From positions 240,739-260,738 of IMG/VR virus record IMGVR_UViG_3300010002_000006: DNA of 20,000 nucleotides; one strand, written 5' to 3'. The position numbers and the translations under genes were made by a program. The stretch is from an uncultured virus (IMG/VR IMGVR_UViG_3300010002_000006). Its lineage: Duplodnaviria > Heunggongvirae > Uroviricota > Caudoviricetes. Shown here piece by piece: positions 1-8,412 of the stretch; position 1 is the stretch's first letter, and each line of letters opens with the position of its first letter. The notes below the pieces were generated by a model. It saw nothing but the letters and a program-made list of their open reading frames with translations. It was not told where the DNA came from and searched no databases.

Positions 1-2
1 AC

Positions 3-725
3 ATCCGGGGTGGCTTTCCCGTAGTAGTTCTTATCCGGGTCAACCCGACCAAAGGTGTATTTCCGATACCCTTGTTCATCAACCTGTTCAAACTCGCTCT
101 TGTCCCCGGTGTTGAAATACCAACGGGTCGCAGTCACCAGTTTGTTGAAGCCGACTTCGGGATCTTTATACGCTTTGAGGTCCATCTTGTCCAGCTTGAT
201 CGCATCAGAGGTCGGTAACTCAGAAAGAGCACCGGCTAACTCCAATTGCTTGTGGGCAACTTTGGGACCTTCGCCGCCTTTGGCGTAGTACTCGATATCA
301 ATGACGATATCTTTTTTGTGTGCCTCGAAGATGGCGTGCACACGTTGAAATAACTCTGCATCCAAGCTGTCGGGGTGACGACCGGCCAATACCATTTTGT
401 GTCCTTTGACACAGTTGGTAATCACCAGCAATTTGTCGCCGTCGACTTTGTTTCCAATCCACTCATTCATAATGAGTTCGAGCTGTAGCAGAAACGCGGC
501 CGTTTCGTTAGCCTGATTCAAGACGCGACCGTTGTAGATATCGACCATATCCACTGGGATACTTTGATAGTTCCCGTTCACGAAATAACCGTAAACGGAC
601 GGTACGTCTTTATTCAGCTTCCGTTTGCTTTCCTTGGTTCGATCATAGGAATATCCATGACCACCGGCAAGGCCCACGTTTTTCTCTTTAACGAATGAGC
701 TGACAATATAGTAAACAATGTTCAT
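3..725 (-). CDS. RNase H-like protein (phiKZ gp155-type), N-terminal part only; runs off the left edge of the window
   Basis: Not in the ORF track; translated by hand: MNIVYYIVSSFVKEKNVGLAGGHGYSYD...VPSVYGY...LLVITNC...GGEGPKVAHKQL...TRWYFNTG...YYGKATPD, open to the window edge. ATG at 725 with AGGT upstream. The G.HGY.Y, P...GY, RWYF and GK..PD blocks match my recollection of jumbo-phage RNase H-like proteins. Confidence 0.6.
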   Translation of the reverse strand, partial: MNIVYYIVSSFVKEKNVGLAGGHGYSYDRTKESKRKLNKDVPSVYGYFVNGNYQSIPVDMVDIYNGRVLNQANETAAFLLQLELIMNEWIGNKVDGDKLLVITNCVKGHKMVLAGRHPDSLDAELFQRVHAIFEAHKKDIVIDIEYYAKGGEGPKVAHKQLELAGALSELPTSDAIKLDKMDLKAYKDPEVGFNKLVTATRWYFNTGDKSEFEQVDEQGYRKYTFGRVDPDKNYYGKATPD

Positions 726-780
726 CTGGTATACCTGACGTTTTTGTTATGTAACATCCTATTCACGTCCTTGTGTTATT

Positions 781-1191
781 TTATTTCTTCTTCCGAGTGA
801 GCTTGTCATTCAGCTCTTTGTTCTCAAGTTTAAGTGCGGCATTAGCTTCCAACAGATCATGAATATCTGATTCCATCTCTTTCAGCTTTCCATTTTTCTT
901 TTGGATCTCGCCATACTGGTCGGTGTTGATACGAAATAGCTGGTTCATGTTTTCCTGTTGTGTGCCCATGAAGGTATCGATCTTCTCCACAGAACGTTCC
1001 AGGTCATTCATGTACCAACCGGTGACGATATATTTAGCTGTCATCGTCGCACCCATAATCGCCATCATGAGGGCAAACAGAAGTACCTTTTTCAGGAGGT
1101 GTTCTTGTTTTTCTTCGTAGGTGGTACCTTTGGATACGCGAATAAGATAGCTAATGATCCTGCTGGTTAATTCCCTAAGAAAAATGTTCAT
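781..1191 (-). CDS. Single-pass membrane protein with C-terminal coiled coil
   Basis: 136 aa; hydrophobic stretch VLLFALMMAIMGATMTA, then an E/K/L/N-rich heptad region; GGTGGA upstream. Confidence 0.75.
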   Translation of the reverse strand: MNIFLRELTSRIISYLIRVSKGTTYEEKQEHLLKKVLLFALMMAIMGATMTAKYIVTGWYMNDLERSVEKIDTFMGTQQENMNQLFRINTDQYGEIQKKNGKLKEMESDIHDLLEANAALKLENKELNDKLTRKKK

Positions 1192-1240
1192 TGCTGCGCT
1201 TCCACCAAATTAATTGTGTATTATAGCTAAAGGTTAATCT

Positions 1241-2578
1241 ATGTCAAACCCTTCAAACCTCTATAGTTGCTTTGCTGAAATTCATGATCTGATTATCAAC
1301 GGATCAACATCGCCGCTGGGTGAATTAACAAATAAGACGCGGGCTTACGCCAAAGAGCCAGACTTTTATACTCAGCCTGGTTCCTCCGTGGATTTATATT
1401 CCTTCCGTGGTATTTCGGCGACCTCTAAATACGAGAAGATTCCCGACGCGTTTATTAAACCCGTTGTTGATATGATCAGTTGGTTATATTCTCAGGCCAC
1501 TGGCAACAAGATCACCAATTCCACCCAGGCATGTCTGCAGATGCTTAAAGCCACCTACAGTACAAACTGGACGTGGAAGGATGTCGGTGTGATGGTCACC
1601 AACAATGCGATCTGGATGCCCTCCAGCATCAGCTTTACTCTTAAAGTGGGTGATGAAACAAGCGACTTTAAAATTTGGTTTGCTAATGAGTATTTTGCGG
1701 TGGAATTTCCGTACCGTGAAATCTACGTCATTCACCCTGTGCCGATTACCAACATCGATGCCCTGGTGGACCAAAACTTCAAACAGGTGCGTTCCCTGAT
1801 CCAAGCGGAAACCCCGTCGAAGATTGAAGCGCGTGTTGCTAAACTGCTGGGTGAGGATCATCCGCCATACAGCGCACGTATGGTGTACAGCTTTGACATT
1901 TACGATCTCATCAACGCCCCGAACAAGAATACCGGGGATTGGACAGTGATCTACTATGGTAACCCCAACGATGCTGAAGAGGAAACCTACGAGCAGATCA
2001 AGCAATGTATCCTTTCTAACTCCAAACACACGGAAGCAGAATGGGCTGACATTATCCCTGACCTGTTTAATCCGTTGGAGTTTGCCATTGTACCTTACTG
2101 GCATAAAGTAGGGATTCCCAACGAAACTGTGCTGGGTTCTACCCTCAGTCCGATCTTCACGTATGAAGACGGTCTTGAACTCCCAGGTAAGTATGCCGCC
2201 CTCTGGGATGGCAATGAGATCATAAAATCGTTACAGCAGTTGCCGACCTTGTATAAGTCAGCGTCGCTGGCGTTTGTGGGTAAACCAACTAACCACAATA
2301 ACCTCACGCACATCTCTCAAATCTTCCCGGATTACCAGTTGATTCCGTCAACCGATTCGCAGGCAGGGATGATGACTCGACTGACCTCTACCTTCATTAA
2401 AGACCTGGAAGGGATGTTGGCTGCCGGGGAAATTGCGACACCTGATGGGATGCCACCTACAGGGATTCAACGTGTGATGAAGAACGGCATGCTCTACATT
2501 ACTCGCCGGACTGCCAATGTGAAGTTGACCATGATCACCCGTTACCAGTTTGTTAAAGATGGAGTCATCACTGAATGA
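1241..2578 (+). CDS. Probable virion structural protein (phiKZ gp157-like)
   Basis: 445-aa ORF with AAGG upstream. Motifs (PLGELT..., FKIWFANEYF, W...IPDLFNPLEF.I.PYW) and its divergent position next to the RNase H-like gene resemble a conserved phiKZ-like virion gene (from recall). Confidence 0.6.
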   Translation: MSNPSNLYSCFAEIHDLIINGSTSPLGELTNKTRAYAKEPDFYTQPGSSVDLYSFRGISATSKYEKIPDAFIKPVVDMISWLYSQATGNKITNSTQACLQMLKATYSTNWTWKDVGVMVTNNAIWMPSSISFTLKVGDETSDFKIWFANEYFAVEFPYREIYVIHPVPITNIDALVDQNFKQVRSLIQAETPSKIEARVAKLLGEDHPPYSARMVYSFDIYDLINAPNKNTGDWTVIYYGNPNDAEEETYEQIKQCILSNSKHTEAEWADIIPDLFNPLEFAIVPYWHKVGIPNETVLGSTLSPIFTYEDGLELPGKYAALWDGNEIIKSLQQLPTLYKSASLAFVGKPTNHNNLTHISQIFPDYQLIPSTDSQAGMMTRLTSTFIKDLEGMLAAGEIATPDGMPPTGIQRVMKNGMLYITRRTANVKLTMITRYQFVKDGVITE

Positions 2579-3240
2579 GTGCAAACGTTATCGTCGCACC
2601 CAACACCCAGGGGATGTTTGAAGCCGAAGCCCCGTTTGATAAGGTTGTAGATTCCAGCGCCTATTACACGGTGCAGTCTCTGCGCTCACCGGCTGAGATG
2701 TTGGCCAACAAACTGGATCTGTTTAAACTGGTGTGGGAACCAACCGGTGCCACTGAGCTTGACTATCAACAACAGTTGGCTGCACTGACTGCTGCGTCCG
2801 GAATGTTCATGGTGTTGTCAGCCAAGAACAAACCGCTAGTCTATCTACCAAGTACGTTTGTGAAGTCCTACCCGTTGGTTGATGGGGTACTCTATGAACA
2901 CATGTGTGTGATCTTAGATTGCGGTGTGGTACCGGGAACTTTTAAAGATGTGCTGAACTCAGGGCTCGATCACTGCGTCAACTATCTCAAAGATAACTAC
3001 GGTATGGAGAACCCCACGGCAACAATTGGGACAATTCAAACCCGTGCGTATGTGTCTAAAGAGCAAGCGGCTGCCTGGGAGAACACACGCCAACAGCGGA
3101 TCAAAGGCAATCCTTCTGATCTGGTGCGTGCGAACAAGGCAGAAGCCATGGTCTTGAGTCAGGCGAAGTACATCGAAGAACTGCAGGAGGCATTAAAGAA
3201 AGCAGCTACCGATAAAACAACGCCAACACCTTCGACGTAA
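2575..3240 (+). CDS. Conserved jumbo-phage hypothetical/virion-associated protein
   Basis: 221 aa; ATGA overlap with the upstream gene, GGAG SD, C-terminal coiled coil, followed by a terminator hairpin. Confidence 0.7.
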   Translation: MSANVIVAPNTQGMFEAEAPFDKVVDSSAYYTVQSLRSPAEMLANKLDLFKLVWEPTGATELDYQQQLAALTAASGMFMVLSAKNKPLVYLPSTFVKSYPLVDGVLYEHMCVILDCGVVPGTFKDVLNSGLDHCVNYLKDNYGMENPTATIGTIQTRAYVSKEQAAAWENTRQQRIKGNPSDLVRANKAEAMVLSQAKYIEELQEALKKAATDKTTPTPST

Positions 3241-3258
3241 CAAAAAAAATAAGATTAC

Positions 3259-3288
3259 CTCTACTCTCCCAATTACGGGAGAGTAGAG
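3259..3288. terminator. Bidirectional intrinsic terminator between convergent genes
   Basis: CTCTACTCTCCC-aattac-GGGAGAGTAGAG, 12-bp perfect stem; A8 run on the left (U-tract for the minus strand) and TATCTTT on the right. Confidence 0.85.
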
Positions 3289-3300
3289 TATCTTTGCTGG

Positions 3301-3906
3301 TTACATTAATGTTTTCGGTGTGAGTTGTTCTAAACAGATATCCCGGAAAATTACTTTGGTCCCCTTAATTAAATTCCAGGCACCGTGCAGGGAAGTATAA
3401 ATACAGATTCCCCGTCCCATGTCATACCGTTCATACAACCCACAACTGATTCCACTTAATGCTTTAAATACGGCTTTGCGTGCTTTATTCTTGAGGCTCA
3501 GGATAGTAAAGAAATGTTTGGATAGCATCGCCTTCTTCATGAACATAAGAAAATTAGCAAAATCATTTTCACTGGGATTCATCACCCCGATTGCCGTCCA
3601 TTCTACAAACAACGCCAGTTCAAACGCATTGGTGTTATTTGGAGCGCAGTAATACATATTCAATCCGCGCTGATCAGCCGACATAAAGACTGCTGATGAT
3701 TTAAAGATAAATACTGCTAGGCCTTTGCACCCTCTGGTATCCACGAACGGGGTTTGCTCAGGCTGTACTGTGTGTGACAGTAGAGTTAATGGTCCGTGTT
3801 CCGTTGTTGATAAAACGCTGTAAAAACAATCTTTCTGAATATCCAATAATTGGATAGAGTTACTGATGGCGTGGTTAGCCAATAACGTACCTTGATAAGT
3901 GTACAT
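3301..3906 (-). CDS. Hypothetical protein (201 aa)
   Basis: ORF-track 3301..3951. Start moved to ATG 3906 (MYTYQG...), which has a GGA SD and does not overlap the upstream gene. Confidence 0.7.
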   Translation of the reverse strand: MYTYQGTLLANHAISNSIQLLDIQKDCFYSVLSTTEHGPLTLLSHTVQPEQTPFVDTRGCKGLAVFIFKSSAVFMSADQRGLNMYYCAPNNTNAFELALFVEWTAIGVMNPSENDFANFLMFMKKAMLSKHFFTILSLKNKARKAVFKALSGISCGLYERYDMGRGICIYTSLHGAWNLIKGTKVIFRDICLEQLTPKTLM

Positions 3907-3934
3907 TAGCTTGATTCCGAGTAAGTTGTTTGTA

Positions 3935-4654
3935 TTAGAGTTGGTTAGCAAACACCCGCTGGAGACCTTTGACTTTCTTGGTTTCCCGAACGTTCGCTGC
4001 CGCTACTACTGACGCTTGGCTGGCCAGACGCGCACGACGTTGATAATCGATCTCTTTGGCTGTGGTCATGTGACGATCCGCCGCAGTAACAAATGACCGG
4101 TCATCTTTATCAATGCTCCAGTAGACCCGTGCACTAATCTGCATGGTGTGGACCCGCTGAAGATCAGAGACTTTGTCCTGACTGAAATAGACACCCAGAC
4201 CCAGACTCGCTTCTTCACCCAGATGGTTATAAAGAGCAGTTGCTGCGCTTTCGCCTTCAATCATTCCCAGATGGTAATCGGTTTTGATCTTCGCGATCTT
4301 ATCCAGGTCGACGACGTCGGAAATATCCACCGCTTTGATAAACCCTTTCTCCCGGTTCTTACGCAGACCAAGTTCCGGTACAAAGCCACTGACGTGTAAC
4401 ATTACCGGTGAGCGTTCGATAATAGAGACATCGCCATCCAGGGTGTGTTTGATACGCCAGCCCAGGCACAGACGAATCTGGATGAATTCCTTGGGATCGT
4501 ACAGGTGATGCACCTTGTCCGGGATCATCTTGTACAGGTTGCTTTTAAAACGGTTCAGCACTTCATTCAGCTGATGAATGTAGTCGGCTGGATGCTCAAC
4601 AGTGTTGCATTGATTCAGGGAAATCTTCAGTGCCCCAATGAGAGTATTGATCAT
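3935..4654 (-). CDS. Hypothetical protein (239 aa)
   Basis: Long ORF, ATGA-coupled to the upstream gene, AAGGA SD. Confidence 0.8.
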   Translation of the reverse strand: MINTLIGALKISLNQCNTVEHPADYIHQLNEVLNRFKSNLYKMIPDKVHHLYDPKEFIQIRLCLGWRIKHTLDGDVSIIERSPVMLHVSGFVPELGLRKNREKGFIKAVDISDVVDLDKIAKIKTDYHLGMIEGESAATALYNHLGEEASLGLGVYFSQDKVSDLQRVHTMQISARVYWSIDKDDRSFVTAADRHMTTAKEIDYQRRARLASQASVVAAANVRETKKVKGLQRVFANQL

Positions 4655-5166
4655 AATAGTGAATCCTTGACGTTACGTGAAAACAGTGTGTAGTGACTAA
4701 GCTTTATGATTTGCTTTTTGTCTTTATAGAGAGACAGGGATTCGCGTGAGATATAGAACGCTAACCCATTGTCTTCTCCGCCGATATGACCGCGTACAAC
4801 ATCCGGTAATATTGATCGTACTACCATGATTGCCGCATTGCGAGAACGGTTACTGAGACGATCAGTATCGAAGCCCAGCAATTTAGCAAACACGATATGA
4901 GACAGTTCCCGAATACGGGTCGTTGCTGGCATGTCGTGTAGCTTCACAACCAGCGCTTTGCCTTTTCGATTTCCTTTGAAGTGAGGAAAAACTATTAGCA
5001 ACGCATCTGTTTTGTTGTGATATTTAACTAGGGTTATATCTTCAGATAAGGTCACAATAATCGGACTGGCATCGGGTAATAGATCAACTGGACTCCACCC
5101 GCCTGCCTCTGCATTTTCAGGTTCATCCAAGCTGACCGCAGATCCTTGTTTGATATAGAGTTTCAT
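4651..5166 (-). CDS. Hypothetical protein (171 aa)
   Basis: TAATG stop/start overlap with the upstream gene at 5164-5168. Confidence 0.8.
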   Translation of the reverse strand: MKLYIKQGSAVSLDEPENAEAGGWSPVDLLPDASPIIVTLSEDITLVKYHNKTDALLIVFPHFKGNRKGKALVVKLHDMPATTRIRELSHIVFAKLLGFDTDRLSNRSRNAAIMVVRSILPDVVRGHIGGEDNGLAFYISRESLSLYKDKKQIIKLSHYTLFSRNVKDSLL

Positions 5167-5651
5167 TACTTCACCGTGACGTTTACAAAGCTGATTTGAT
5201 GGTTGCGCAAAGAACAGTTAATGACAAAGTTATCCTGTACCCCAGCAAGGGTAAGGTTCTCACGAATAATCTTGGAGACATTGGCAGAGATCGTAGCATC
5301 ATCCAGCATTGACTCCATCATCACCGCGTCATCCATTAACTCGTTGGTGTTACGGATGGCATGCTCGATCAACGCCGTAACCGGTTCGAACTCATACACA
5401 TCTTCCTCATCAAACAAATCAACCGAGGTACGCGAATGCTGTTCAGGGTTACTGCGACTGATAATGTGCATGGTGAGGTTGACGCTGGGTTTAGATTCAG
5501 TGTCAGTGAAAACCGTATGAGATAATGAAACGGTAACACCGAATCCCGGACCCGCTTTATCTTCAGCGTCCATACGCTGCATCATCAGGGCTTCAACGAT
5601 ATCGTTGTAATACTGAAAGTCACTCTCGCCGCTTCTGTGTACACGAAACAT
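5166..5651 (-). CDS. Hypothetical acidic protein (161 aa), first gene of a putative early operon
   Basis: Start moved to ATG 5651 (MFRVHRSG...) with AGAGGA SD. The 22 extra codons in the ORF track run through the promoter motif. Confidence 0.8.
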   Translation of the reverse strand: MFRVHRSGESDFQYYNDIVEALMMQRMDAEDKAGPGFGVTVSLSHTVFTDTESKPSVNLTMHIISRSNPEQHSRTSVDLFDEEDVYEFEPVTALIEHAIRNTNELMDDAVMMESMLDDATISANVSKIIRENLTLAGVQDNFVINCSLRNHQISFVNVTVK

Positions 5652-5679
5652 GGTTAATCCTCTAAAGTAATATGTGGGG

Positions 5680-5704
5680 TATACACTAGAATAATGTCGG
5701 CATA
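5680..5704 (-). promoter_or_regulatory. Putative phage-RNAP early promoter, copy 1 (most divergent)
   Basis: Minus strand TATGCCGACATTATTCTAGTGTATA, 28 nt upstream of ATG 5651 and just downstream of a terminator. Confidence 0.65.
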
Positions 5705-5725
5705 AAAAATTATGCACATAACAAA

Positions 5726-5755
5726 AACCTAAGACGGGTTTCCCCGCCTTAGGTT
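5726..5755 (-). terminator. Intrinsic terminator after the 294-aa gene
   Basis: Minus strand AACCTAAGGCGGG-gaaa-CCCGTCTTAGGTT (one G:U) followed by TTTGTT. Confidence 0.85.
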
Positions 5756-5774
5756 ATGTTGCTTTTAGATCAAC

Positions 5775-6659
5775 TTACTTCTTTTTGGTATTGCTACCAG
5801 AGATTGGCTTGTCGGTGCTTTCGACATTATCAGGAGTCGGGGTAGCGTTGTCGGTCACTGCCGTATCGCTGCTAGCCTGCTCGTTGAAATCAGCTTCGTT
5901 CTGCTGAGCCGTCTCCAGGTTTTCCTGCGCCGTATCGGCAGGGTTTTTCACTGCATCAGCACTGTTGCTACCTGTGCCGTCTGACTGACCCGGTTGGGAT
6001 GGTGATTTGATCTCAGTTTGAGTACTGCCTGGCTGAGCCTGGTCGCCTTCGTTAGAATTGGCCTGGGCTTGCTTCTGCATCTCTTCAGAGTTCATAACTT
6101 CTCCTTGCTGGGTTTGTTTTGGCTTAGCAGTGTAAGCCAGTAAGAACCGACCCGCCACCACAGGGTGGTCGATGTCGATGTGTCCCACGGCATGATTAGT
6201 CTCGTTCGGCGTTCCGTAGAAGGTCGGAACGAAACAATCCGCAGGGAACTCATAACCAGTGAGTTTGAGTGCTTCAAACGCATTGGTGTTTTCTTCGATG
6301 ACCAGATACAGTTGTTTGTTGCTGTTCACAAACAGCAGTACCGGGGTCGTTGCCAGGTTCAGTGCGTCCAGCGAAGCACCGCCCTGTTGTTTCTCAGCGG
6401 CCAGACCTGCCAGTGTACCGGTATTGAATACCATACGGTAGGTCCACTTACGGCCTGCACAGGTCATCACCACGGAATATTTACCGGTGGCATCGTCACG
6501 GATAAACGGACCCATCGCGACTTCAGATTCAGAGAGATCCTGATATTTAACGCGCGCAGCATTAATCGCTTTTGGATCTTTGGTTTTGTCAGCCGCAGCC
6601 AGCTGTGCTTTAGCAATCAGATTGATCAGATACTGATTGATAGTTGGTGTTTTAACCAT
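5775..6659 (-). CDS. Hypothetical protein with folded N-terminal domain and ~110-aa Q/N/S/T/D-rich disordered tail (possibly virion-associated)
   Basis: 294-aa ORF flanked by terminators; the low-complexity C-terminus is visible in the translation. Confidence 0.8.
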   Translation of the reverse strand: MVKTPTINQYLINLIAKAQLAAADKTKDPKAINAARVKYQDLSESEVAMGPFIRDDATGKYSVVMTCAGRKWTYRMVFNTGTLAGLAAEKQQGGASLDALNLATTPVLLFVNSNKQLYLVIEENTNAFEALKLTGYEFPADCFVPTFYGTPNETNHAVGHIDIDHPVVAGRFLLAYTAKPKQTQQGEVMNSEEMQKQAQANSNEGDQAQPGSTQTEIKSPSQPGQSDGTGSNSADAVKNPADTAQENLETAQQNEADFNEQASSDTAVTDNATPTPDNVESTDKPISGSNTKKK

Positions 6660-6695
6660 GGTTATTTTATTTCCATTAAAATGAAAAGAATAAAC

Positions 6696-6711
6696 TTTCT
6701 CGGCCGAGAAA
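6696..6711. promoter_or_regulatory. Perfect 16-bp palindrome upstream of the 294-aa gene (operator or leader hairpin)
   Basis: TTTCTCGGCCGAGAAA is its own reverse complement and sits in an AT-rich intergenic region. Confidence 0.4.
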
Positions 6712-6763
6712 ATTATCAGTGTTTACATAAAATGCTTAAACGAAAAAAAAAGAGAAGAAATAA

Positions 6764-6787
6764 AGGTACCTCCGCATGGAGGTACCT
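6764..6787 (-). terminator. Intrinsic terminator after the 161-aa Ala-rich gene
   Basis: AGGTACCTCC-atgc-GGAGGTACCT, 10-bp stem, then TTATTTCTTCTCTTTTTTTTT on the minus strand. Confidence 0.9.
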
Positions 6788-6794
6788 GATTGGC

Positions 6795-7280
6795 TTAATC
6801 TTCTTCAACCAGATTGCCAGGGAAATAGTCAGCAGTGATACGACCGCCCAGCATACCTGCGTACGCTGTGACACCCGCAGCAGCAGCTGCAACACCGGCA
6901 GTTTGTGGAGCAGCTTCCAGGTATGGTTTAGCCAAGACGATGGCTGCACCCGATACCACAGCAGCAACCGCAGCAGAGGTTTTAGAACCGGTTGGAGAAA
7001 CCAGTTCCAGACCTACTGCTACTGCTGCACCCAGGCAGGCACCGATCAGGTTCTGGTTGTCTTTCAGCATGTTGCCTGTTTTCACGTGCATCAGGCGCGC
7101 TTCTTTCAGAACCTGTTTGATCAGCTCATCTGCAGAACCTGCTTCAATAACAGCAGCACCGGAGCGCGCAGCCTGAGCAATGTCCTGCAGCTTATCGCCA
7201 GCCTGATCGAGTTCACGATCCAGGATATCCAGATCTTCAGCAGCGGTGTTGGTGTTTGCAGTTGCGTTTACGTCAGTCAT
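6795..7280 (-). CDS. Ala/Gly-rich predicted membrane protein (161 aa), monocistronic
   Basis: TAAGGA SD; acidic helical N-half; three small-residue hydrophobic segments in the C-half; own promoter motif and terminator. Confidence 0.85.
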   Translation of the reverse strand: MTDVNATANTNTAAEDLDILDRELDQAGDKLQDIAQAARSGAAVIEAGSADELIKQVLKEARLMHVKTGNMLKDNQNLIGACLGAAVAVGLELVSPTGSKTSAAVAAVVSGAAIVLAKPYLEAAPQTAGVAAAAAGVTAYAGMLGGRITADYFPGNLVEED

Positions 7281-7324
7281 GATTTATTCCTTAAAAGTAA
7301 AGTGGGGGAGAACATTTATTGTTC

Positions 7325-7367
7325 TATACACTTTAATGATATAGGTCTGAATCTGAATGTAACTGAA
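7325..7367 (-). promoter_or_regulatory. Putative phage-RNAP early promoter, copy 2
   Basis: Minus strand TTCAGTT-N9-TT-CAGACCTATATCATTAAAGTGTATA (core 7325-7349). Confidence 0.75.
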
Positions 7368-7369
7368 TA

Positions 7370-7957
7370 CTAACCGCGTACCAACCCTGCTTTAAAGTGC
7401 CGGCGACATACCGAGACGTAACTGTCGTTGCCCCCGACTTTGATCTGATCTCCCTCGCGTACCACATCCCCGGTTTCATCCAGTCGAAGTACCATATAGG
7501 CTTTGCTACCACACCAACAGATCGTTCTGACTTCCACCACCCGATCAGCCACAGCAAACAACGCCGCAGTGCCGCTAAACAGGTTACCTTGAAAGTCACT
7601 GCACAGTCCGTAACACATCACCGGAATATGAAGTTCGTCGACCACGTTAGTGAGCTGCCAGACCTGCTCGCGTGACATAAACTGACATTCATCAATAAAG
7701 ATGCACTTAGGCATAGTCCCCAGTGTGTCGATCAGCTTCACCACCAACGCATACACATCTTCCTCTGGTCCAAACAACGTACATGGGGTTTCATTACCTG
7801 TACGTGACCGTACCACTGATTCCGCTTCCCGCGTATCAATGGCCGGCTTTAAGACCAGGGTTTTCATGCCGCGTTCAATATAGTTGTAGTTCGCATTGAG
7901 CAGGTTTGCAGATTTTCCAGCATTCATCGTGCTGTAGTGAAAATGTATCGAAGCCAT
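7370..7957 (-). CDS. tdk: Thymidine kinase
   Basis: Start moved to ATG 7957 (MASIHFHYSTMNAGKS). Has the P-loop MNAGKS, KPAIDTR, IFIDECQF, YGL.SDF, and Zn-binding C.CG...CRRH motifs of type II TK. Confidence 0.96.
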   Translation of the reverse strand: MASIHFHYSTMNAGKSANLLNANYNYIERGMKTLVLKPAIDTREAESVVRSRTGNETPCTLFGPEEDVYALVVKLIDTLGTMPKCIFIDECQFMSREQVWQLTNVVDELHIPVMCYGLCSDFQGNLFSGTAALFAVADRVVEVRTICWCGSKAYMVLRLDETGDVVREGDQIKVGGNDSYVSVCRRHFKAGLVRG

Positions 7958-7968
7958 AAGGTATCCAA

Positions 7969-8244
7969 TTAACGGTATAAGGAATAAAGCAATTGTGCCG
8001 GCAGCCCAATCATCAAGATATAGTTTAAAAACCACTTGTCTAAAAGATCGCCTTTAAATTCAAAAATTATTTCAAACAGTCGTACAACCAACATGCCCAG
8101 TGTAAAGTAGGCAAAGATACCGTAATTAATAATGAGTGCAAGTGTAACAATCATTACAACAAAGATTAACGCATATAAATTCTCTTGAGAGAACAACTTC
8201 TTTCTCCCACCGTCCTTTACCGCACATAACCTCTTCATTGACAT
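7969..8244 (-). CDS. Small membrane protein (2-3 TM)
   Basis: GGAGG SD 6 nt upstream of ATG 8244; very hydrophobic. Confidence 0.75.
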   Translation of the reverse strand: MSMKRLCAVKDGGRKKLFSQENLYALIFVVMIVTLALIINYGIFAYFTLGMLVVRLFEIIFEFKGDLLDKWFLNYILMIGLPAQLLYSLYR

Positions 8245-8268
8245 CACACACCTCCAGCGGGAGGATTA

Positions 8269-8352
8269 CTACCGATTATCAGCTGCATGCTGCGCCTCGA
8301 TAAAAACACCGTTAAACACGTGAATCGAGATCAGGGCTGACTTCCTTTGCAT
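8269..8352 (-). CDS. Possible 27-aa leader peptide (MQRKSALISIHVFNGVFIEAQHAADNR)
   Basis: Translated by hand. Purine-rich upstream (GGGGAGAAAGGA...GAG); ends TAG TAA at the base of a hairpin containing the next gene's SD. Confidence 0.35.
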   Translation of the reverse strand: MQRKSALISIHVFNGVFIEAQHAADNR

Positions 8353-8412
8353 GATTGTTCTCAGATTCCTTTCTCCCCGGTTTGCTACAAAAAAAAATAA
8401 TTAAAGAAAGAC

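Noticed and set aside
1192..1243. TATG late promoters upstream of plus-strand genes
   Set aside because: A 4-nt motif that coincides with start codons here cannot be supported from sequence alone.
1484..2104. 206-aa minus-strand ORF, and similar antisense ORFs such as 9049..9606, 17721..18155 and 12541..12897
   Set aside because: They lie wholly or almost wholly opposite well-supported genes and have no motifs or RBS.
6165..7373. 402-aa plus-strand ORF
   Set aside because: Antisense shadow of two codon-biased minus-strand genes. It runs through a terminator and A-tracts, has Cys/Ser/Phe-rich composition, and has no clear SD.
7958..8035. Hydrophobic N-terminal extension suggesting a membrane-anchored thymidine kinase
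   Set aside because: It overlaps the upstream gene; ATG 7957 gives the canonical TK N-terminus with an SD.
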